Source: Bacillota bacterium
Lineage (GTDB): Bacteria > Bacillota > Sulfobacillia > UBA995 > UBA9673
Direction of reading: 5' to 3'
DNA: 57,611 nucleotides
Assembly (NCBI GenBank): GCA_003599345.1
Contig: QZJP01000049.1
Location: 1-57,611 of the forward strand
Shown here: piece after piece, positions 39,014 to 48,311 of the stretch
How positions within the stretch are numbered: the stretch's first letter is position 1
Layout of the letters: the number at the start of each line of letters is the position of its first letter
Program-made: the position numbers and the translations under genes
Notes under the pieces: generated by a model
What the model saw: the letters and a program-made list of their open reading frames with translations, nothing else
What the model was told of the DNA's origin: nothing
The model's database searches: none

Positions 39014-40879
39014 CTATCCGGCGTCGACCGGCGGCGTGGTCGCCTGGCCTCGTGTCAGCGTCGCGGCTAGCTTCGCGCCGACCAGAGCTGTAATCACGAC
39101 GACCGCCGACGCCAGCCCCGTCGGTATCATCTGCAGGCAATCGGCGTAGAACTTGAACCCCCAGACGAGGTTCGGGATGTACCAGCCGAAGTCGAGGCCC
39201 CAGAGGTAGTAGAAGAGGATGGCCTGGAGCCCGATGCCGTAGGCCACGAGATAGGAAAGGGTGGCCGCGCCCGCGGCCAGTTCAGGCCCGCTGTAGCGCT
39301 TCCGCCAGCCGGCCACGGCCCCCGCCACGAGGCCCAACACGACGACTACGGCTGCGGCCTCTATCATCCTGGAGTTGAAGAACTGCTGGATGAGATCCTC
39401 CTCGTTGAAGATGGACAGTGAGAAGTTGTAGCCGTGGACGACGAAGAACAGGGTCAGGTAACTGATGAAGTAGAGGGCTGCCCCGCCGACGGCCAGCCCG
39501 AACCAGCGATTGCGAGACAGGAAGAAGAGCGGGACCAGAGGGAGCAGGGCCAGAAGCAGGGCCGGTATCATCCGAGAACCGCGCTCTTCCCCGATGCGGA
39601 GTTCCCTTAGGGATGCCCTGACCTCGTCCATGTTCCAGATAGCTTCCTTGGCGGTCTGGAGGGCCAAATCAGGGTTGCCGGCCACCACGTGGACCCACGC
39701 CTGGTCTATGAGACCGCCCGCCGCGTCGAGCTCGTCCGCGGCCTCCGCCAGGGCTTCCGCCGGGCCTCCCCCGCCCTCCACGTCGAGCAGGGACTCGTTC
39801 ATGCCGGCGAGGTACTCCCGCGTGAAGGCGTGGCGCGCCTGCCCCAGGTCGACGAAGGCCTTGGCCATGTCCTCGGCCCCGAGGTCGATGACGCCGTCGA
39901 GGACCGCGCCGATGCTGTGAGACGGCATGCTCATGCCGAGAAGGGCGCAGATGGTCGGGGCGATGTCACACTGGCTCGCGGCCGGGTAGCTTCCCGGCTT
40001 CACGGCCCTGCCCGCCATCACCAGAGGCGTGGTGATGACCTCCGGCTCCCAGCCCCCGTGACCGCCCGTGGCGATGTGCCCGTGGTCGGAAGCCAGGATG
40101 GCCGTCCGCTCGTCGAGGTCCCAGGCCGCGAGGAGCTGAGCGATGTAGCCGTCTATGACCTTCGCCGTCGCCAGGGCCTCGGGCGACGAGCCCCCGTACT
40201 CGTGCGAGTCCTTGTCGACGCCACCGAAGTGCACGACCATGAAATCAGGCAGGGGGTCGCCCCCGGTTAGAACCTCCAGGGCCTGCTCAAACACCATGTG
40301 GTCGTAGGCGTCCTCGGAATCGTCGAACTGGTACATCCGGTCGATGCTGTCACCGTAAAGATCGACCCAGCCCTTGCCCGCGACCACCGCCGTGCTCTTA
40401 CCGGACCGGCGCGCGCTCTCGAAGACATTGTCGACCTTTAGCAGCCCTTCGTACCAGTTGGTCGTCACGCCGTGGATCTCCTGGCTGGTGCCGCTGGGGA
40501 TGACGGCCGCGGCGGGATCGGACAGCGACGGTTGGCCCGTAATGGCCGTCAGGTCGGCGCCCGCGGGTATCGAGCCTTGGCCAGTCCGGGCGGCGTTCCA
40601 GGCGTCGAGAAGCTTCGAGTTGTCCACCCGGAGGCCGTCGACGATTATCAGCAGGACGCCTCCTGTCCCCGGGTCGCCGGTAGCCGGGACCGGTTCGAGG
40701 TCGAAGAGGTACTGGCTCCGGTACTCGACCACCGCGTTCCAAGCCTTCATGGTGAGTTCCTGGACGTAGAGGGAAAGGCCCGCCAGGCAGACGGGTATCA
40801 GGCAGGCCGCGATGATCCAGGCCCAGCGCCCTCGTCCGCCCGGCGCCGGTTTCCTTGCTGTCTTGCTGGGCATGACCAC
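39014..40879 (-). CDS. Alkaline-phosphatase-superfamily membrane protein (phosphodiesterase / phosphoethanolamine-transferase-like)
   Basis: IIVDGLRVD, PSLSDP, HFGGVDKDSH, ASDHGH..GGHGG and QCDIAPT motifs; N-terminal TM plus about 5 C-terminal TMs. Confidence 0.82.
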   Translation of the reverse strand: MVMPSKTARKPAPGGRGRWAWIIAACLIPVCLAGLSLYVQELTMKAWNAVVEYRSQYLFDLEPVPATGDPGTGGVLLIIVDGLRVDNSKLLDAWNAARTGQGSIPAGADLTAITGQPSLSDPAAAVIPSGTSQEIHGVTTNWYEGLLKVDNVFESARRSGKSTAVVAGKGWVDLYGDSIDRMYQFDDSEDAYDHMVFEQALEVLTGGDPLPDFMVVHFGGVDKDSHEYGGSSPEALATAKVIDGYIAQLLAAWDLDERTAILASDHGHIATGGHGGWEPEVITTPLVMAGRAVKPGSYPAASQCDIAPTICALLGMSMPSHSIGAVLDGVIDLGAEDMAKAFVDLGQARHAFTREYLAGMNESLLDVEGGGGPAEALAEAADELDAAGGLIDQAWVHVVAGNPDLALQTAKEAIWNMDEVRASLRELRIGEERGSRMIPALLLALLPLVPLFFLSRNRWFGLAVGGAALYFISYLTLFFVVHGYNFSLSIFNEEDLIQQFFNSRMIEAAAVVVVLGLVAGAVAGWRKRYSGPELAAGAATLSYLVAYGIGLQAILFYYLWGLDFGWYIPNLVWGFKFYADCLQMIPTGLASAVVVITALVGAKLAATLTRGQATTPPVDAG

Positions 40880-41022
40880 ACCTCCAACGCTCGTTTGCGC
40901 CTACGGTTCGCCGCGCCCGTCGACAGTCCTTTGGCGGGCGCGGCACCCCAGCTGCGGACAGCCGGGACGCCGGAGGAATGATATCGGCTGCGTAGAACAC
41001 GGTCAGACAGGGAGGCTCTCTC

Positions 41023-41814
41023 ATGACGGGGCGGGATAGGCGTGAGCGGGTCGGGCTCACGCTAACCGTGCTGGGGGCTACGTCCCCCTACCCGGGTCCC
41101 GGAACCTCGGGCCCGGGGTATCTCCTGGAAGGCTTCGGTGCGCGCATTCTTCTCGACTGCGGGAGCGGCGTGCTGTCCAGGCTAGCCTACCACTCCGATT
41201 ACGCCGATCTCGACGCGGTCATCATCAGTCATCTTCACTTCGACCACTGCTCCGATATGCTGGTTCTGCGCTACGCGCTCGACGCCGCCGCCCGCGCCGG
41301 GCGCCTGATCGAGCCGGTACCCGTCTGGTGCCCGACCGAACCCGCCGACGTAGCCGGTCTGATGAGCTACAAGGAAGCCCTCCGGGCCGTGCCCATCACT
41401 CCGAACGAGCCAACCGACATCGCCGGCCTCACGGCGACTTTCATCCCTGTGAGGCATCCCATTCCGACCTACGGGGTCATCCTGCGACCGTCCAAGGCGC
41501 CGGCAGTCGGTTCGCTCCTGTTCTACACCGCGGACACCGAATGGATGGACGAGCTTCCCGGCCTCGTAGGCGACTGCGAGATTCTTGTCGCGGAGGCCAG
41601 TCTCACCGCCAAGCAGGGCGTGCTCGGACCCAAGGTCGGCCACATGACGGCTGGGGAGGCTGCCCGCCTAGGCGGCATGACCAACGCGAGGACCATCGTC
41701 CTCACCCACTATCCACCCGGTCGCCGTGAAGAAGACATACTCCACGAGGCAAAGCGGGTCCTGGCCCGCCCGGTCCTCGTCGCCACGGAAGGCCTGCGGG
41801 TCGAGTGGCCGTGA
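41023..41814 (+). CDS. MBL-fold metallo-hydrolase (YhfI/RNase Z-like)
   Basis: LLDCGSG, SHLHFDH, HP, YTADT, GHMT and LTHY motifs. Confidence 0.92.
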   Translation: MTGRDRRERVGLTLTVLGATSPYPGPGTSGPGYLLEGFGARILLDCGSGVLSRLAYHSDYADLDAVIISHLHFDHCSDMLVLRYALDAAARAGRLIEPVPVWCPTEPADVAGLMSYKEALRAVPITPNEPTDIAGLTATFIPVRHPIPTYGVILRPSKAPAVGSLLFYTADTEWMDELPGLVGDCEILVAEASLTAKQGVLGPKVGHMTAGEAARLGGMTNARTIVLTHYPPGRREEDILHEAKRVLARPVLVATEGLRVEWP

Positions 41815-41863
41815 GTGGCTGTGGCAACTTAAGCACTCGGTGACTTCGGAGACGGAACGCAGC

Positions 41864-42483
41864 ATGACAGTCGTTGTCGAAGAAGCGACGACCCCCCGCC
41901 ACATCAGGACCTTCATCCGCCTGGAAGCTCTACCGGGGGGTCTCGTGGCTGAAGGCGCGCGGGGCGACGTGGGTCGGGGGTCCGGTGTCGCCGATCGTCG
42001 ACATCAAGCGGATCGCCGACTGGGCCATGCCCGCTAAGTGGTCGGACGTCGTTCCCCCGACCATCGCGGAACTGCGGGAAATGGGGCGAAAGCTGCGCCC
42101 GCCGGCCGACCCCGGCCTCTGCTACATAGCCCGCGCCAACGACGGCGACGAGCTCATCGGCGTCATCATCGCCTTGCCGGACTACAACCAGGTCCTGGCC
42201 AAGCTCAACGGCCGGCTGTTCCCGTCAGGCTTTCTCAAGTTCCTCTGGTACAGGCGGAGCATAGACGGCACCCGGTTCTTTGTGGGGTTCGTCGTTCCGG
42301 AGTGGAGGAAAAGGGGTGACCGGGGCCATCTTCCTCCACTCCGCCCGTGCCGCCCTTCGCCGTGGCTACAAGTGGGCCGAGGGGTCGACTATCGGTGAGA
42401 CCAATCTTCCGATGCGCCGCGACGCCGAACGCGCGGGCGGCCGCCACTACAGGACCTACCGCATCTACCGGAAGCCGATCTAG
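41864..42483 (+). pseudogene. Decayed GNAT N-acetyltransferase (YghO-like)
   Basis: Fragments in shifting frames: MTVVVEE..FIRL / WKLYRG..ALPDYNQVLAKLNGRLFP..VVPEWRKRG / VTGAIF..AEGSTIGETNLPM..YRIYRKPI. Frameshifts near 41920 and 42315. Confidence 0.75.
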
Positions 42484-42711
42484 GACTCTCGCCGAAGCCG
42501 ATCCAGGACTCCCGGCCCCTCTTCCCCCGCCCCAGTTATGGGGTGGACTGCCTCTTCCGACCTAAGGCGACATAATTCTTCCGCTTTCGAGAAGGAAACC
42601 CAGGGGTGTCAGCGAAACGGTTGCAGGTTACGTGTCTCTAGGTGTGCTTTCTCTGAACCGAGCCGCGGGTGGACTCGCAGCGTGCGGAATCGGGTGTAGG
42701 GAGGAGCCGGC

Positions 42712-44619
42712 GTGAAGATACCCAAGAAGCGCCTTGGGGAGGCCCTGGTCAGCGCTGGCCTGCTAACCCCTGAGCAGCTCGAACGCGCCATAGAGCTCCA
42801 GAGGTCGTCGGGAAAGCGCATAGGCGAGGTCATCATCAGCATGGGACTCATCGACGAGGACCGGCTGGGGCGTGTCCTCGCCCAGGAACTCGGTATCCCG
42901 TTCATCCCCGAACGCGAGGTGGAGGTTAAGCCCGAGGCGGCTCAACTCATCAACGAGCAGGCCGCTCGGCGCTACCGCGCGGTCCCCATCGACCGCCGGG
43001 GCCAGACCATCATCCTGGCCATGGCCGACCCCCAGAACGTCTTCGCCTTGGACGATGTGGCCTTCATCACGGGCTGCGAGGTCCAGCCGGTAGTCACCAC
43101 CGAGAAGGGCATCGACCGCGCGATTTACATGGCCTACCGCCGCGGCACCGGCCCCGACGCGGACGTCCGGACGGGTCCCGGAGTCCAGCGCCGGTCGGGT
43201 GCTCCACCAATCGCCACCACGAGGGCCCCCTCCCGGCCCGGGCGCGTCTCAGGACCAGCCGGGACCGTGGTACCCCTCCCGCAGGCGCCGACATCTCTCG
43301 GCGTGGGCGGCGCCCTCGGCGCCGGGGCGGCCGCGTTGGCCGGGACCGACCAATCGAAGCAGTCGTTCGCGGATATCGAGGCCGAGCTCAGCGGCGCCGC
43401 GTTCAAGGCGGCGGCGGTCAAGACCGAGGTCGAGGCCGCCGACGAGGCCCCGATAGTCCGGCTCGTCAACCAGATTATCGACCAGGCCATCGAACAGGGC
43501 GCGACCGACATCCACATAGAGCCCGATGAAACCTTCTTTCGCGTGCGCTACCGTATCGACGGCATGCTGCGCGACGTGATGAACAGGCCCATCGAGCTCC
43601 ACGCCCCCACGTCCTCGCGCATCAAGATCATGGCCAGTATGGACATCTCTGAACGCCGCCTGCCGCAGGACGGGCGCATCCAGCTCCGGGACCAGAAGCG
43701 AGACGTGGACCTTCGCGTGTCCAGCATCCCGACCATCTACGGCGAGAAGCTGGCCCTGCGCATCCTCGACAAGCGCCGGACGATAGCCAAGCTCGACAAT
43801 ATCGGCTTCCATCCGGACGACCTCGGCAAGTTCCGGGACGGCATCTCCAGGCCCCACGGGATGATTCTCGTGACGGGTCCGACCGGGAGCGGCAAGACCA
43901 CCACGCTCATGGCGGCCCTGCGCGAGCTGAACACGCCCGACAAGAACATCGTGACCCTCGAGGACCCCGTCGAGTACCAGATTCAGGGCATCAACCAGGT
44001 CATGATCAACGAGAAGGCCGGCCTGACGTTCGCGCGCGGTCTCAGGGCCTTCGTCCGCCAAGACCCGAACATCATCATGGTCGGCGAGATACGCGATTCC
44101 GAGACGGCCGAGATTGCCGTCCGCTCCGCCCTCACCGGCCATCTCGTCCTATCAACCATCCACACGAACGACGCCATCGGCGCTGTCTCGCGGCTCCTGG
44201 ACATGGGAGTCGAACCCTTCCTTATCGCGTCGACGCTCCTGTGTGTCGTGTCGCAACGCCTGGCGAGGATGCTCTGCCCCAAGTGCAAGATCCCCATAGA
44301 TCTGCCGGACGGCGACCCGGTCCGCGTCAGCTTGGGCCTCGACGACAGCGGGCCTGTCACGGTCTACGAGGCCCCGGGTTGCTCCCATTGCGGCGGCACC
44401 GGCTATCGCGGCCGTGTCGCCATCTTCGAGTTGTTCCACATCACCTCCAGAATCAGGCAGCTCATCGCAAGTCGGGCGCCCATCCAGGAAATAACTAAGG
44501 AGGCAAACCGGTCCGGCATGAGATCCCTCCAGAAGGACGGGGTCGAAAAAGCCGTCCAGGGAGTCACCAGCCTGACCGAAGTGCAGCGGGTCACCTATTC
44601 CGAGGAGTTGCCCACGTGA
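42712..44619 (+). CDS. pilB: Type IV pilus assembly ATPase with N-terminal MshEN domain
   Basis: RLGEALVSAGLL...LERAIELQ, DIHIEP, RLPQDGR, GPTGSGKTTT, RQDPNIIMVGEIRD and CPKC/CSHC zinc sites. Confidence 0.95.
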   Translation: MKIPKKRLGEALVSAGLLTPEQLERAIELQRSSGKRIGEVIISMGLIDEDRLGRVLAQELGIPFIPEREVEVKPEAAQLINEQAARRYRAVPIDRRGQTIILAMADPQNVFALDDVAFITGCEVQPVVTTEKGIDRAIYMAYRRGTGPDADVRTGPGVQRRSGAPPIATTRAPSRPGRVSGPAGTVVPLPQAPTSLGVGGALGAGAAALAGTDQSKQSFADIEAELSGAAFKAAAVKTEVEAADEAPIVRLVNQIIDQAIEQGATDIHIEPDETFFRVRYRIDGMLRDVMNRPIELHAPTSSRIKIMASMDISERRLPQDGRIQLRDQKRDVDLRVSSIPTIYGEKLALRILDKRRTIAKLDNIGFHPDDLGKFRDGISRPHGMILVTGPTGSGKTTTLMAALRELNTPDKNIVTLEDPVEYQIQGINQVMINEKAGLTFARGLRAFVRQDPNIIMVGEIRDSETAEIAVRSALTGHLVLSTIHTNDAIGAVSRLLDMGVEPFLIASTLLCVVSQRLARMLCPKCKIPIDLPDGDPVRVSLGLDDSGPVTVYEAPGCSHCGGTGYRGRVAIFELFHITSRIRQLIASRAPIQEITKEANRSGMRSLQKDGVEKAVQGVTSLTEVQRVTYSEELPT

Positions 44620-45929
44620 CAGAAACCGAGGGAACCCTGTACCACGTGACGTCGCGGTCCGAGGCCGCGGCCAGCACCGAGTTCGACGCCAACAACCTAC
44701 TGGAGGTATCTTCGAGGCATGAGGCCTCCGACCTCATCCTCACGGTCGGGGCCCCCCCGACCATGCGGGTCAACGACGACCTGGTCGCCATCGGCGGGAC
44801 CAAACTGGAGCAGAACGATTGCGAGGCCCTCCTCTACCAGATGCTCCATCCCGACCTCGCGGCCAAGTTCGAGCGTAGAGGCGAGATCGACTTCGCCTAC
44901 AGCATCCCCGGGGTGGGCCGCTACCGTGTCAACGGTTTCCGGCAACGGGGTTCGGTGGCCATTGTCGCCCGCGTCATTCCCCCGCGGATAAAGACCATCT
45001 CGGAACTCGGGCTCCCGGACGTGGTCACGAGCCTCGCCCGGCGCCCCAACGGCATCATCCTGGTCACGGGACCTACCGGGAGCGGTAAGACGACGACCCT
45101 GGCGGCCATGATCGACCTCATCAACACCGAGCGGGCCTGCCACATCGTGACCCTGGAGGACCCCATCGAGTATCTTCATCGCCACAAGAGGAGCATCATC
45201 AACCAGCGTGAGATAGGGAAGGACACCCGGACGTTCACGAGCGGGTTACGGTCGGCCCTGCGTGAGAACCCGGACGTCATCCTTGTCGGCGAAATGCGCG
45301 ACCTTGAGACCATCGCCATCGCCATGACCGCTGCCGAGACAGGCCACCTGGTCCTGGCGACCTTGCACACGAGCGACGCCGCGCAGACCGTCGACCGCGT
45401 CATCGACGTCTTCCCGCCCCACCAGCAAGACCAAATCCGCATCCAGCTCGCGGCCACTCTCCAGGGCATCCTGGCTCAGACCCTGGTGCTCAAGCGGGAC
45501 GGCACGGCCAGGGTGGCGGCCTTCGAGATTCTCATCGCCACGCCGGCCATCCGCAACCTCATCCGGGAGGGCAAGACCTACCAGATACCCACCCAGATAC
45601 AGACCGGCGGCCGCTTCGGGATGAGGACGATGGAGGCCTCGTTGAGGGAGCTCGTCTCGTCCGGCGCCATCTCCGAGGACCAGTACAGGAGCCGCCTGGC
45701 CCACCTGGCTGCGACCGGGGTCTTCGTGCCTCCCGCCGCTCTTGGCGCCAGCGCCGGTACGGGTCCTTACGGGGCCGCGGCCGGTGGGACGACCGGTGCC
45801 GTGGGGGCGGCAGCCGGGACGGGCGGGCCGGCGTACGGACTGGTGGGGGGTAACCCGTCAGGGGCCAGCCCCTCCGGAAGAGCGGGAGGCGTCGCGCCGC
45901 GCGGAGCCTACAGGCCCCGCTCCGGCTGA
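44616..45929 (+). CDS. pilT: Type IV pilus retraction ATPase
   Basis: GPTGSGKTTTL, EDPIE, LRENPDVILVGEMRD, AETGHLV and AIRNLIRE motifs. Confidence 0.95.
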   Translation: MTETEGTLYHVTSRSEAAASTEFDANNLLEVSSRHEASDLILTVGAPPTMRVNDDLVAIGGTKLEQNDCEALLYQMLHPDLAAKFERRGEIDFAYSIPGVGRYRVNGFRQRGSVAIVARVIPPRIKTISELGLPDVVTSLARRPNGIILVTGPTGSGKTTTLAAMIDLINTERACHIVTLEDPIEYLHRHKRSIINQREIGKDTRTFTSGLRSALRENPDVILVGEMRDLETIAIAMTAAETGHLVLATLHTSDAAQTVDRVIDVFPPHQQDQIRIQLAATLQGILAQTLVLKRDGTARVAAFEILIATPAIRNLIREGKTYQIPTQIQTGGRFGMRTMEASLRELVSSGAISEDQYRSRLAHLAATGVFVPPAALGASAGTGPYGAAAGGTTGAVGAAAGTGGPAYGLVGGNPSGASPSGRAGGVAPRGAYRPRSG

Positions 45930-45955
45930 GCACACGCGTGGGAAGGGTCTAGGCC

Positions 45956-47245
45956 ATGCCCGTATACCGCTACCGCGCCAAGACCTCACAGGGCCGGACC
46001 ATGGAGGGGACGGTCGAGGCTCCCGACCAGCGGGAAGCCGCCCGCACCCTCAGGGGCCGCGGCCTCTATGTGACGTCCATTGCCGACAGCCGCGAGGCGG
46101 CGGTGAACGTCCTGGCCCGGCCGCCCGCGCGCGCGTCCCGGGCGCGGCTCGCGGCGGTAGCCATGGAAGATCCGGCCCGGCGGCAGGGGCTCGGCTTCGC
46201 CCGGCCCCGCGTGAGCCTCAAGGACCTCGCTCTCTTCTGCCGCCAGTTCGCGACGATGATCAACGCCGGCGTGGCCATCCTCACGACCCTCAACATCCTC
46301 GCGCGCCAGGCGGCGTCGAGGCGGCTCCGAACGGCGCTGAACGAAGTGGCCCTGTCCATCGAACGCGGGCAGTCGCTCAGCGACTCGTTCCGCGCGCGCC
46401 CGGATGTCTTCCCGCCCCTCATCGTGAACATGTCCGCGGCCGGTGAGGCGGGCGGCATCCTGGAGGAATGCTTCGACCGCCTGGCCGACCACTTCGAGAA
46501 GGAGCACGCTGTCACCCAGAAGGTGCGTTCGGCCATGGTCTACCCCACCGTGGTCAGCCTCGTGGCCATCGGCGTGGTGACCTTCATGGTCGTCTTCGTC
46601 CTGCCCAACTTCATCTCCATCTTCGCCCAGATCGGCGCGGAGTTGCCCGGGCCGACCAGGGTAGTGATGGCCATCAGCGACTTCATCCGGGGCTACTGGT
46701 ACGCGCTCCTGGCCGCCATCGTGGTCCTCGTCATCGGGCTCCGCGTCTACGCGAGCACGGGCCGGGGAGCCTACATGGTCGACTCGTTCCTGCTCCACCT
46801 GCCGGCCTTCGGCGACGTGCTCCTCAAGCGGGCCGTCTCCCGGTTCGCCCGGACTCTGGGCACCCTCCTGAGGAGCGGTGTTCCGCTTCTCGTGTCCATG
46901 GCCGTCGTCCGGAGGACCGTAGGGAGCCGCCCGCTCGCGGTAGCCATCCTGGCCGCCGAGGACGAGATACGGGCGGGGCACGGCATCGTGGAGCCGCTGA
47001 GGGCTTCGGGGCTTTTCCCGCAGATGGTGCTCGAAATGGTGACTGTCGGCGAAGAGACCGGCGCGATAGACGCGATGCTCTCCAAGGTGGCCGACTTCTA
47101 CGACAAGGAGATAGACGTCACCCTCGAGCGCCTGGCGAACATGATCGAACCCGTGGTCATGCTGTTCGTCGGCGCCATAGTCGGGTTCATCCTTGTCTCG
47201 CTCATCATGCCGATGTTCGACATGTACAGCCAGCTGGACCTGTAA
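45956..47245 (+). CDS. pilC: Type IV pilus platform protein (GspF family)
   Basis: FCRQFATMINAG, AGEAGG, SAMVYP, VGEETG and MIEP motifs. Confidence 0.95.
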   Translation: MPVYRYRAKTSQGRTMEGTVEAPDQREAARTLRGRGLYVTSIADSREAAVNVLARPPARASRARLAAVAMEDPARRQGLGFARPRVSLKDLALFCRQFATMINAGVAILTTLNILARQAASRRLRTALNEVALSIERGQSLSDSFRARPDVFPPLIVNMSAAGEAGGILEECFDRLADHFEKEHAVTQKVRSAMVYPTVVSLVAIGVVTFMVVFVLPNFISIFAQIGAELPGPTRVVMAISDFIRGYWYALLAAIVVLVIGLRVYASTGRGAYMVDSFLLHLPAFGDVLLKRAVSRFARTLGTLLRSGVPLLVSMAVVRRTVGSRPLAVAILAAEDEIRAGHGIVEPLRASGLFPQMVLEMVTVGEETGAIDAMLSKVADFYDKEIDVTLERLANMIEPVVMLFVGAIVGFILVSLIMPMFDMYSQLDL

Positions 47246-47322
47246 ATGGTTCCGATAAGGACTTAGTGACTGATAAGCATAGCAGGTGGATGCACATTTG
47301 TGGCGAAACCCGTAAATAGTGG

Positions 47323-47351
47323 TTGACACGGTAGACCTGTCCTGCTAGATT
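47323..47351 (+). promoter_or_regulatory. SigA promoter of the major pilin gene
   Basis: TTGACA-17 bp-TAGATT with an extended -10 TG. Strong RBS GGGAGGTG precedes the ATG. Confidence 0.75.
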
Positions 47352-47426
47352 GGATGGGTTCTCTAGCACCAGCTACCAGGGGTCTCAAGCGGGCTACCGT
47401 TAATCCGATAGGGAGGTGAACAAGAG

Positions 47427-48041
47427 ATGGCAATCCGCAAGCACCTGTCTGGCCAGAAGGGCTTCACCCTCATCGAACTACTCGTTGTCGTGGCCATCCT
47501 TGGCATCCTGGTTGGGCTGGCGGCGCCCCGCGTTCTCAGTGCCATCGACAACGCTAGGGCCCGTCGAGCCGAGGCCGACATGGTGGTCATCAGGGATGCG
47601 CTCGAGAGGTTCTACTTGGACTGGGGTATCTTCTCCCCTGACCTCTACTACCTGATCAGCGAAGACTACATCGACCCGAACTTCTCGTTCAAGAACAGCT
47701 ACGGCAACTACTACTTCTACGCCGTGCGGGTGAACGAGACTAACGACCCGAACAGCCCCAACTACGCCGACTACGTCCTGGGGGACCCGGGGCAGACGCC
47801 GTTGGCTGCCGGGACCTACGACGCCGATGAAGTCTGCCAAGGCCTCTACACTACCGACCACGACGTGTGGATCTGGGGAACCTGGGCTACTGCACCTTCG
47901 GGATTGGCGACTTCGGTGACCGCGAACAACTCCCAGACGGGGCAGAACAAGACCTTCAACTTGGAGGTAACCTTGCTGACGATAACGCCGGCAACGAAGC
48001 CCTCAAGCACGGCCATCAAGTACAGCGGTCAGCAGCCCTAG
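47427..48041 (+). CDS. pilA: Type IV prepilin, probably the major pilin
   Basis: Class III signal KG|FTLIELLVVVAILGIL with Glu at +5. Has its own promoter and a downstream hairpin. Confidence 0.88.
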   Translation: MAIRKHLSGQKGFTLIELLVVVAILGILVGLAAPRVLSAIDNARARRAEADMVVIRDALERFYLDWGIFSPDLYYLISEDYIDPNFSFKNSYGNYYFYAVRVNETNDPNSPNYADYVLGDPGQTPLAAGTYDADEVCQGLYTTDHDVWIWGTWATAPSGLATSVTANNSQTGQNKTFNLEVTLLTITPATKPSSTAIKYSGQQP

Positions 48042-48086
48042 GGAGCTTCTAGAGTCGTATCAGAACCGGATATCCGGAAGCAGGAG

Positions 48087-48119
48087 TTCGGGGCGGGTCG
48101 GAAAGCGGCCCGCCCCGAG
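48087..48119 (+). terminator. Stable hairpin after the pilin gene (terminator or mRNA stabiliser)
   Basis: TTCGGGGCGGGTCG-GAAAG-CGGCCCGCCCCGAG; weak U tract. Confidence 0.6.
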
Positions 48120-48311
48120 TTCACAGAGTGGGACGTTTAGGGAGCGCAAGCTCCCCGCGGCCGCAACCGTCGCCCGTGTTGCCGTCGCCCGTGATGCCCG
48201 GCCTCAAGCGACGTGGAGCAGGACCGTTCCCTACTGGAATAGTAGGAAGTAACAGGTTCGGCCGCGAAGTTTGTTACATAAGGGGAGATTAAGGGGGAGG
48301 GGGAGGGCGGC

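Noticed and set aside
45986-47329. Long antisense ORFs (for example 447 aa opposite pilC, 520 aa at 55483-57045, 301 aa opposite lgt)
   Set aside because: Typical stop-poor shadow frames of high-GC coding DNA with no recognisable motifs.
47355-47426. Possible c-di-GMP-I riboswitch in the pilin 5' UTR (AGCTACCAGGGGTCT...AGCGGGCTACCG)
   Set aside because: Only a vague likeness to the 3' half. The GGCAAAC/GAAA-tetraloop stem is missing from the predicted transcript and the UTR is only about 70 nt. An Infernal search would settle it.
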